Below are positions 54,125 through 64,000 of a stretch of DNA of 64,000 nt, piece by piece. The notes beneath the pieces were generated by a model. It was not told where the DNA came from. It did not search any database and saw only the letters and a list, made by a program, of their open reading frames with translations. The position numbers and the translations under genes were made by a program. The DNA is taken from positions 2,828,450 to 2,892,449 of the forward strand of contig NC_069002.1 of assembly GCF_001194135.2 (NCBI RefSeq), given 5' to 3'. Source of the stretch: Octopus bimaculoides. Taxonomy: Eukaryota. The stretch's first letter is position 1. Each line of letters begins with the position of its first letter.

Positions 54125-54790
54125 TTTTGACAGAAAGCATTTTACTGAAATACATAACAGAGAAGAACTTGTTGAATTTTGTAACAGAACGTATTTTCTA
54201 ATAATTATTGACAAAAGAAAACTAAAATTTCAGAGAGAAGAATTTTAAAAATTTTTTTAGGACAAATATCATATCTTGAGAGTTTTGAGAGAAAGCAGTT
54301 TGCTAATAAGTTTTGACAGAGCATAATTTCTTGACATTTTCAACAGAAAACAATTTGTTAAAATTTCTGACAGCATATACGTAATACCTTGACATTTTTG
54401 ACAGAAGGTAATTTCTTGCAATTTATAACAGAATAAAGAACGTTGCAGCTTGCTTGAAACATTGTGATACAGAAATAAAATAACAAAATAATAGAGATGA
54501 ATTTTCTTTCAATGCGAAAGGGAAAAGTTTTAAAATATTTATATATTCAAGCACAAAGTCTCATACTCAGAATTCAACGGAGTAAAAAAAACGTGGTGGT
54601 CCTTTGAAATATATAAAGGCTTCTACACTTTTCCCTTTAGCATTGTAGTCTGTCTTTATTATTTTATAACAGGATACATTCTCTTGACATTTCTTACAAA
54701 GCGGTGTTTAGAAATTTCTGACAGAGCAATTTGTAGACATTTAAAACAGAAAGCAATTCATTGTTATTTGGACAGAATACAATTGTTGTT
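54125..54790. repeat. Degenerate ~27-bp minisatellite (approx. GACAGAAAGCAATTTCTTGACATTTTT) in two blocks
   Basis: (G/A)ACAGA starts recur about every 27 bp at 54129-54437 and 54661-54785. Confidence 0.75.
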
Positions 54791-54954
54791 GTTCATACGT
54801 CTGCCAATAAGTAATACCAAATAAACATTGAAAAAAGCGAAAACTGGTCACAATTTCTTCTAAAATAGATGAGGTTAATTTTCATTCCTCCAGCAAACTT
54901 TTTATTTCTCTAAGATCACCATTCTAGCTTTATCTTTAATAATGCAGTCAAATA

Positions 54955-55172
54955 AGGTGGCTAGCTAGCAGAATCGTCAGAATGACAGGTAAAGTGCTTA
55001 GCGTTATTTCGTTCGTTTTCAACTGCTGATTCGTAATTCCACCGAGGTTCATTTTTCTGTTCGTCCTTTCGGGAACGATAAAATAAGTACCAGTTGAGCA
55101 CTGTGGTCAATGAAAATAATTTAACCACTCCCCCGAATTTGCTGACCTTGTACTAAAATTTGAAACCAATAT
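54955..55172 (+). mobile_element. SINE family A, near full length, diverged
   Basis: AGGTGGCTAGCTAGCAGAATCGTCAG...CCTTTCGGGAACGATAAAATAAGTACCAGTTGAGCACTG...TTGAAACCAATATT. Confidence 0.85.
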
Positions 55173-55284
55173 TGTAGTCAAATGACTGAAACCTAACCAG
55201 GGTACCACATTCATCTCCGAATAATCATTTCCCTTTTCGGTTTTTTGTTTTTTGTTTTTTTTTTAGTGAAGGCACGATCGAGAG

Positions 55285-55399
55285 TTAAGGTCATAAGACT
55301 ATGGTTTCGATTCTCGGATTGGGAATTCGTGTGCCGAATACCCAAACCACTAAGCCATGCGCCTTCACGATTCTAAATGAACAGAAGTATATTCTACAT
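55285..55399 (+). repeat. 115-bp direct duplication, copy 1 (SINE-head derived)
   Basis: Identical to 57876-57990 except one T/C difference. Confidence 0.95.
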
Positions 55400-55415
55400 T
55401 TTATGATTCAACAAG

Positions 55416-55565
55416 TTCTGTGTTCGAAACCCGCCAAGGTCAACTTTGCCTTCATCTTTTCGGGGTTCATAAATTAAGTAGGAACTGAGCACTGTAGTCT
55501 ACAGAATCGACTAAACCTGCTCCCTCAAAAATTTCATGGCCTTGTGCTTCTAGGAGAAGGGATTT
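55416..55565 (+). mobile_element. SINE family A, 5'-truncated
   Basis: TTCTGTGTTCGAAACCCGCCAAGGTCAACTTTGCCTTCATCTTTTCGGGG...CATGGCCTTGTGCTTCTAGGAGAAGGGATT. Confidence 0.8.
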
Positions 55566-56098
55566 TCAAACTCAACAGTCACTTATTTTTACTTCATCAG
55601 AATATATATAAAATTATTTTCTCACTGTTGATAAATATTGATTTAGTAATCGTAATTATAATTTTTAAGGTAAAAAAATTACAAAAGAGCATTATCGATA
55701 ATATACTATACTATTATTGCTGTAGCTCTTTTTTATTTATTAATTATATATTCGGTATTGCATAAGATAATTATATAAATCACGTTACATAGAATACTAC
55801 AAGCTCGTTGGGTGTTTTTGTGTTGTTCTGGTTTGTTTTCCGTTTCTTTTTTTTTTTTTGGCAAATTTGGAATTAGTTTCAAAGACAGACAGCAGAACAC
55901 ACGCACGCGTGTGTAAGCATGGTTACACACGCATATGTGTATGTATACATTTGCATAAATTACGTACACACATACACATACACATATACACACACATACA
56001 CATACATACACACACACACACATACATACATACGTACATACATACGTACATACATACATATATCGTGAGCATAAATTCATTTGCGATTCCTGAATGCT

Positions 56099-56135
<37 letters not shown>

Positions 56136-56233
56136 CTATATGTATGTATTTATATGTATATATGTATGTGTGTATCTATTTATGCATGTACATAGTATAT
56201 ATATATGTGTGTGTGTGTGTGTGTATATATATC

Positions 56234-56264
<31 letters not shown>

Positions 56265-57256
56265 AGCATATATATATATATANNNNNNNNNNNNNNNNNN
56301 NNNNNNNNNNNNNNNNNNNNNNNNNNNNNNNNNNNNNNNNNNNNNNNNNNNNNNNNNNNNNNNNNNNNNNNNNNNNNNNNNNNNNNNNNNNNNNNNNNNN
56401 NNNNNNNNNNNNNNNNNNNNNNNNNNNNNNNNNNNNNNNNNNNNNNNNNNNNNNNNNNNNNNNNNNNNNNNNNNNNNNNNNNNNNNNNNNNNNNNNNNNN
56501 NNNNNNNNNNNNNNNNNNNNNNNNNNNNNNNNNNNNNNNNNNNNNNNNNNNNNNNNNNNNNNNNNNNNNNNNNNNNNNNNNNNNNNNNNNNNNNNNNNNN
56601 NNNNNNNNNNNNNNNNNNNNNNNNNNNNNNNNNNNNNNNNNNNNNNNNNNNNNNNNNNNNNNNNNNNNNNNNNNNNNNNNNNNNNNNNNNNNNNNNNNNN
56701 NNNNNNNNNNNNNNNNNNNNNNNNNNNNNNNNNNNNNNNNNNNNNNNNNNNNNNNNNNNNNNNNNNNNNNNNNNNNNNNNNNNNNNNNNNNNNNNNNNNN
56801 NNNNNNNNNNNNNNNNNNNNNNNNNNNNNNNNNNNNNNNNNNNNNNNNNNNNNNNNNNNNNNNNNNNNNNNNNNNNNNNNNNNNNNNNNNNNNNNNNNNN
56901 NNNNNNNNNNNNNNNNNNNNNNNNNNNNNNNNNNNNNNNNNNNNNNNNNNNNNNNNNNNNNNNNNNNNNNNNNNNNNNNNNNNNNNNNNNNNNNNNNNNN
57001 NNNNNNNNNNNNNNNNNNNNNNNNNNNNNNNNNNNNNNNNNNNNNNNNNNNNNNNNNNNNNNNNNNNNNNNNNNNNNNNNNNNNNNNNNNNNNNNNNNNN
57101 NNNNNNNNNNNNNNNNNNNNNNNNNNNNNNNNNNNNNNNNNNNNNNNNNNNNNNNNNNNNNNNNNNNNNNNNNNNNNNNNNNNNNNNNNNNNNNNNNNNN
57201 NNNNNNNNNNNNNNNNNNNNNNNNNNNNNNNNNNNNNNNNNNNNNNNNNNNNNNNN

Positions 57257-57368
<112 letters not shown>

Positions 57369-57641
57369 ATCGTAAGTGTGTGTGTGTGTATGTATGCACG
57401 TATGGAAGTATGTATATATATATATATACGTGTGTCTGTCTGTCTGTGGCGTGTGTGTTGTTTGAAGAATCTATAAGAAAGACTGCACACAGTGACTCGC
57501 CTTTCAATAAGCGTTCTACTTTCCTCAACACTATTGAATACTTTCACTTAATTGAAATTCGCAACAGTGTAAACCAATAATCTTCTATCTATCAATCAAT
57601 CTCTGTGTCCCCTCTGTTTTTTTCCCTCTCTCTCTCTCTCA

Positions 57642-57690
<49 letters not shown>

Positions 57691-57875
57691 TCCTCTCTTT
57701 CTTTCCACATAGACACATATGTGTTATATATATATATATATATAATATTACATTTAATGTGTATGTGTGTGCCTGTGTGTGTGTGTAGAACTACGCATAG
57801 ATATGCACACGTCGGTGTGCGTGTATGTAGCGTAATTAAATCTAGATCAGAATATAAAGGTCCACGTGCGTTATC

Positions 57876-57990
57876 TTAAGGTCATAAGACTATGGCTTCG
57901 ATTCTCGGATTGGGAATTCGTGTGCCGAATACCCAAACCACTAAGCCATGCGCCTTCACGATTCTAAATGAACAGAAGTATATTCTACAT
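57876..57990 (+). repeat. 115-bp direct duplication, copy 2
   Basis: See 55285-55399. Confidence 0.95.
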
Positions 57991-58254
57991 CGTGCAAATC
58001 GATATTACCAGACATCAACGTCCGCTCCATCGTATTTTCCCATAGTACTATCGTATTGTAGATGGGCCATTTTTTTTTTTTTTTATCATTGTTAAGGTCT
58101 TATCATCAACGAATGATTTCAAGGTCTACACCGCCTTCTCTGTTAGTATGCGGAAGCATCTGTTATACAATATCTGAAATGGTCTGTGGTTCAGTATGAC
58201 ACCAGCAACCAGCAAGGCTAACCATGCATTGACGAATATAAGGTGGGATAGCTC

Positions 58255-58367
58255 TACGTTGACCAACGGCTTGTGAGTGAATTTGGCAGACGGAAAGCCT
58301 GTCGTGTGAAAGCCTGTCGTATACGTATGCATACACAAATACATACATATATACATACACACACACT

Positions 58368-58462
<95 letters not shown>

Positions 58463-58832
58463 GTATGCATTTTCAAACCTTATTTCATATATATATATAT
58501 ATATATAGAGGGAGAGAGAGAGAGAGAGAGAGAGAAATGTACCTGACAAAGGTAGCATATTAATTTTTATAACGTTCACTTTTTCTCCGCCGATCAATGG
58601 GCCGATTGAGTAAACTTATCGATAACGAACCTATACTGGCTACTGGAAACAGCTGTAAGTCAAACTTACTATGATAAAGAAATATGTAATCACTATATGT
58701 ATGCCTTGTCGTATGTACAAATAAATGTAATGGGGTCGATAATTTCGACAAACCTTTGAAAGCGGTATGGCCTTTGAAAACCTTCGAAAGCCCCCAATAT
58801 GGCCGCAGTCAAAAGACTGAAACAAGTGATAA
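58255..58832 (+). mobile_element. SINE family B pieces (body 58255-58330, tail 58730-58832) separated by (CA)n and other sequence
   Basis: GACCAACGGCTTGTGAGTGAATTTGGCAGACGGAAAGCCTGTCGT and GGGGTCGATAATTTCGAC...CCCAATATGGCCGCAGTCAAAAGACTGAAACAAGT. They may be one interrupted copy or two copies. Confidence 0.6.
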
Positions 58833-59250
58833 ACGATACCTTGTAAACTCCATTAAACTTAAGTGGCTAACATCACATTCAATACATTCATCTAAAACTG
58901 CTAAGAACTCGGAAGGTGCCACATCTCGTTATTTCAAATGTTTTACAACATCTAACAGGTTCATTTGGTCCGCATCACTGCTTAAACGTAGGCGCAAACT
59001 ATCTTTTGTAAATCTCATATAGCGCCATTTCGTTCAAAGCTGTATTGTTTTCGTAACGATCGAGTAAGTTAAACAAGGTATTAGGGAATTATGATATGTT
59101 TCTATGTTTGGATGTATTCATTCTGTTACAAAAAATTAACCACTGTGATATATAATCAACAAAATACGTAATATCCGCAAATATGTGTATATATGCATGT
59201 ATCTGTGCGTTTGTGTGTGTCCCTGGCTGTATGCATATACGTAAGTATAT

Positions 59251-59285
<35 letters not shown>

Positions 59286-60062
59286 NNNNNNNNNNNNNNN
59301 NNNNNNNNNNNNNNNNNNNNNNNNNNNNNNNNNNNNNNNNNNNNNNNNNNNNNNNNNNNNNNNNNNNNNNNNNNNNNNATATATATAGACACACACACAC
59401 ATTCTTTTAATATTAATTATTGGACTTAGGTCATGTTAGTACATCGCCTTCAATAGGTTGTGTCGATTATATCGACCTTCAGTACTCTTGTTATTTATTT
59501 TTAACTTTATTATTATTTTTTTGTTTTTGATTTTTACATTAACAAATATTAAAGAAATAGTTTCGATGTTTTCTCAGACGCACCATTTCAGCTATCTTTC
59601 ACCAACATGCAACAGACGCGAAAAACACTCACACTGACAAAGACACGAGCGCATACACACACATACACGCAAGCACCCACTTCGACACAATCATGCACAA
59701 ACACATACCCATACATCAACACGTACGTAATACATTTTGTTCACCATGGACTGCTGTGGTTAATTGGTTAATATATATACTGGATAGTCTTTGAAGTAAA
59801 TGTCTGTAGGCTGTAAATATAAACGAAGTGCACACACACATACGCACACACACACACACATACACATCCGCACATGCACGCGCGACCACACACACGCACT
59901 CACGCGCACACCAGCACAGTCACAGACAAACGCACGTAAGTACACACACACACACACACGCATATAACATGACGAAATATAAAGCACTTCGCACAAATCG
60001 ACGGCATGTTTTCAAGCTAGATGCACGCATGCTTAACAACACAACATTATATAATACATACT

Positions 60063-60119
<57 letters not shown>

Positions 60120-60932
60120 NNNNNNNNNNNNNNNNNNNNNNNNNNNNNNNNNNNNNNNNNNNNNNNNNNNNNNNNNNNNNNNNNNNNNNNNNNNNNNNNN
60201 NNNNNNNNNNNNNNNNNNNNNNNNNNNNNNNNNNNNNNNNNNNNNNNNNNNNNNNNNNNNNNNNNNNNNNNNNNNNNNNNNNNNNNNNNNNNNNNNNNNN
60301 NNNNNNNNNNNNNNNNNNNNNNNNNNNNNNNNNNNNNNNNNNNNNNNNNNNNNNNNNNNNNNNNNNNNNNNNNNNNNNNNNNNNNNNNNNNNNNNNNNNN
60401 NNNNNNNNNNNNNNNNNNNNNNNNNNNNNNNNNNNNNNNNNNNNNNNNNNNNNNNNNNNNNNNNNNNNNNNNNNNNNNNNNNNNNNNNNNNNNNNNNNNN
60501 NNNNNNNNNNNNNNNNNNNNNNNNNNNNNNNNNNNNNNNNNNNNNNNNNNNNNNNNNNNNNNNNNNNNNNNNNNNNNNNNNNNNNNNNNNNNNNNNNNNN
60601 NNNNNNNNNNNNNNNNNNNNNNNNNNNNNNNNNNNNNNNNNNNNNNNNNNNNNNNNNNNNNNNNNNNNNNNNNNNNNNNNNNNNNNNNNNNNNNNNNNNN
60701 NNNNNNNNNNNNNNNNNNNNNNNNNNNNNNNNNNNNNNNNNNNNNNNNNNNNNNNNNNNNNNNNNNNNNNNNNNNNNNNNNNNNNNNNNNNNNNNNNNNN
60801 NNNNNNNNNNNNNNNNNNNNNNNNNNNNNNNNNNNNNNNNNNNNNNNNNNNNNNNNNNNNNNNNNNNNNNNNNNNNNNNNNNNNNNNNNNNNNNNNNNNN
60901 NNNNNNNNNNNNNNNNNNNNNNNNNNNNNNNN

Positions 60933-60965
<33 letters not shown>

Positions 60966-61022
60966 AAAGAGGAACAAGCAATAATAGATCTCTGAGCGAG
61001 ACGTAAACAGTAGTAGCACGGA

Positions 61023-61090
61023 ATCGTGAAGTATATTTGCCACCTAAATATATGTGTCCACCATGTTTAGGTACAAATATATTTCACGAT
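61023..61090 (+). ncRNA. 68-nt imperfect hairpin, pre-miRNA-like geometry
   Basis: ATCGTGAAGTATATTTGCCACCTAAATATATG-TGTCCAC-CATGTTTAGGTACAAATATATTTCACGAT: about 28 bp stem including two G-U pairs, one 2x1 internal loop, one 2-nt bulge and a 7-nt loop. Confidence 0.35.
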
Positions 61091-61186
61091 ATAGTTTGTA
61101 TAGATATGCAGCGAAATTTTGCTCAGACACAAGCCAAGCGACATCTGTTAGTAACTAGAATATAGGGAGAGTGTAGGAATTTTGCA

Positions 61187-61238
61187 GTGCCCCAGCATGG
61201 CCACAGTCAATTGACTAAAACAAGTAAAAGAAAAAGAA
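61187..61238 (+). mobile_element. SINE family B 3' terminal fragment
   Basis: GTGCCCCAGCATGGCCACAGTCAATTGACTAAAACAAGTAAAAGAAAAAG. Confidence 0.75.
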
Positions 61239-61952
61239 TTTAAAGTTAATTTGAAACATCTAAACATGTTGCTTGACGACGCACATGGACAAGGGGAGAT
61301 ACATTTGCGACGCTCCAGCATAATTGCAATCTGAAAACTAAGACAAGTAATGTTGATGACGATGATGACGACGACGATGATGACGATGATGATGACGATG
61401 ACGATGATGATGATGATGAGGATGAGGATGAGGATGATGATGGTGACGATAATGATGGCGAAAGCGTCTTCAGCAATAATGATATCAACCACGATAGGAA
61501 TGATGATGAAACTGGACATGGATTGATTGAAGCTAAAACTGTATTGGAAAGACAGACTCGCAGAGAGAGGGAGCGGAGCGGGGGAGCACAGAGAGAGAGG
61601 GGGCGGAGATGGGGAGAGAGAGAGAGAGAGGAATAGAAGAGAGGGTAACAAATAAAGTGAAAGACAAACAGACAAAAAGAGAAACAGGAAAAGTGCCAAA
61701 AAGAATGTGCGTTCTGTTAAATGAATGGGAAACATGCTATCTGTGTGTGTGTGCGTGTGTGTGTGATGATGTGTGTGTGATGATGTGCGTGTGTGTGATG
61801 ATGTGCGTGTGTGTGTGTGTGTGATAATGTGTGTACCCGTGGGCGTGTTTGTCTGTGTGTGTATATGGTCATGTGTCTTGGTTTGGATAGGTGTGAATAC
61901 GTAGCAATGAATGTGCACGTAAGTATATATGTGTATGTTTACATATATATAT

Positions 61953-62060
<108 letters not shown>

Positions 62061-62206
62061 ATATATATATACACACATATACATACACTTATATATATGT
62101 ATATATATATATGTATTTATGTATATATGTATGTACATATATGTGTGTGTATGTATTTTTTGTGTATACTTATGCATGTGTACATTTCTCTATATGTATA
62201 TATATT

Positions 62207-62257
<51 letters not shown>

Positions 62258-62343
62258 ATATATGAACTTACACATATTTACCTGCACACACATGTACCAC
62301 CATATATTTATACGTGTGTGTGTGTGTTTGTATGTGTGTGTAT

Positions 62344-62409
<66 letters not shown>

Positions 62410-62811
62410 CTGTGTGTGTGTGTGCTTTCGTGTGCCTGAAAGATTGTCAGCTTCTGTAGATGCATCTGTGAATCAGAGTAGTTTATTTATTGTGTTCGTC
62501 TATTCCTTTGTTCGTTTATTCTTATATTCGTTTGTACGTGTGTTCGTTTATACTCGCGCTGTTCGTGTGTATTCCTTTAGCAATCCACACGTTTATAGAA
62601 ACATTGAATTTCGAGGATTGTCTAAATCAACAAATCTCACAGAATTCCACACGTGCTCGTTCTTTTTAATGTTTCACATAATATTCCCACCACCAGACAC
62701 ACATATAAAAGCCTAGATATATTTCCTGCGCGCGAACACACACACACACACACACACACACGAACGCGCGTACACCACTATTTAATGCTACATACATTCT
62801 TATATTCTTAA

Positions 62812-63033
62812 ATTCTTTTATTCTTTTACTTGTTGCATTCATTTGACTGCGACCAAGACGACGACAACGGTACTGGAGCAGCGCCTTCAGTCGAGCAAAT
62901 CGACCCCAGGACTTATTCTTTGAACGCCTAGTACTTATTCTATCGGTCTGTTACGCCGAACCGTTTAGTAACGGGGACGTAAACACACCAGCAACGGTTG
63001 TCAAGCGATGTCGTGGGGACAAACAGAGATACA
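62812..63033 (-). mobile_element. SINE family B, 3' half
   Basis: TTCTTTTACTTGTTGCATTCATTTGACTGCG...CTGGAGCAGCGCCTTCAGTCGAGCAAATCGACCCCAGGACTTATTCTTTG...GGGGACGTAAACACACCAGCAACGGTTGTCAAGCG is the reverse complement of the 41594 copy tail. Confidence 0.9.
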
Positions 63034-63114
63034 CTAACATATACACATATATATTCATACATACACGGTCACTCATACACACGCACGGGCACTTTCGTTT
63101 TGGGATCACCAATG

Positions 63115-63118
<4 letters not shown>

Positions 63119-63203
<85 letters not shown>
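63119..63203. repeat. (GT)n microsatellite
   Basis: Direct reading. Confidence 0.97.
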
Positions 63204-63206
<3 letters not shown>

Positions 63207-63548
63207 AGAGAGTAGATTATTACGTATCCCAAATCATCTTATTCTCATATTAGTTTAGTGAATTATGTTTCGTGATATAATCTGTTAGTGGCAATACATC
63301 GTAATTCAGACTTTCACATCGGGTACGTTTCTTGACATGTTATTGGTAGCAAGTAGCTTTACCTTCATTCCTGGTGGGATTTCTAAACGAACGAAAAATT
63401 TGTTTTGTTAGAGGAATTGAGAACGATTTAATTGTACACGAATAATCTTTATTTCAGTTATAAGATGCTTTCTATGTTACGGCGATCACAAAGTTACCCA
63501 CAGCCAAAACGATACATGCTCACATACACACAGGAAACACACACATGC

Positions 63549-63587
<39 letters not shown>

Positions 63588-63657
63588 TGTGTGTATGTAT
63601 GTACTCGTATTTACATATGGATATATATATATATTCATATTTACAGGTATTCATTTT

Positions 63658-63660
<3 letters not shown>

Positions 63661-63732
<72 letters not shown>
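63661..63732. repeat. (TA)n microsatellite
   Basis: Direct reading. Confidence 0.97.
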
Positions 63733-63737
<5 letters not shown>

Positions 63738-63962
63738 CATATATATATATATACATATACACTTACATATATATAAATGTATGTATATGCATATAGAGAG
63801 AGAGGGAGAGGAGGAAGAGAGACAGTCACAGACGTCGGAACAGAGAAAGAAAAGGAAATGAGAAAAAGCTTAGCCACATGAACATATATTATATATATGT
63901 GTATGTATATATGTATGTGTATATATATTTATATATATATATATATATTTAGTATATATATA

Positions 63963-64000
<38 letters not shown>

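Overview
Eukaryotic, AT-rich draft-assembly DNA with about 26 N-gaps totalling roughly 11 kb by my count, nearly all opening or closing in microsatellites. The SINE families and the extreme load of (TA)n/(GT)n/(GA)n/(AAT)n/(CAT)n/(GATA)n repeats look cephalopod (Octopus-like); this is inference. I find no intact protein-coding gene, RNA gene or CRISPR array, and almost all listed ORFs are microsatellite or N read-throughs. Supported content: three tRNA-derived SINE families (many copies), decayed remnants of three retroelement classes (L1/Tx1 ORF2 3' end at ~4.9-5.5 kb, RTE 3' end with two C2H2 fingers at ~22.3-22.7 kb, Penelope-like RT/GIY-YIG at ~44.7-46.1 kb), a pogo/Tigger-like TIR, two minisatellites and a local 115-bp duplication. 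I do not see a convincing new multi-gene system. The best leads are a minimal type I hammerhead ribozyme motif (minus strand, 7259-7300), a 68-nt pre-miRNA-like hairpin (61023-61090), modular and tandem SINE architecture, and weak hints of host-gene exons at 43.4-44.3 kb.
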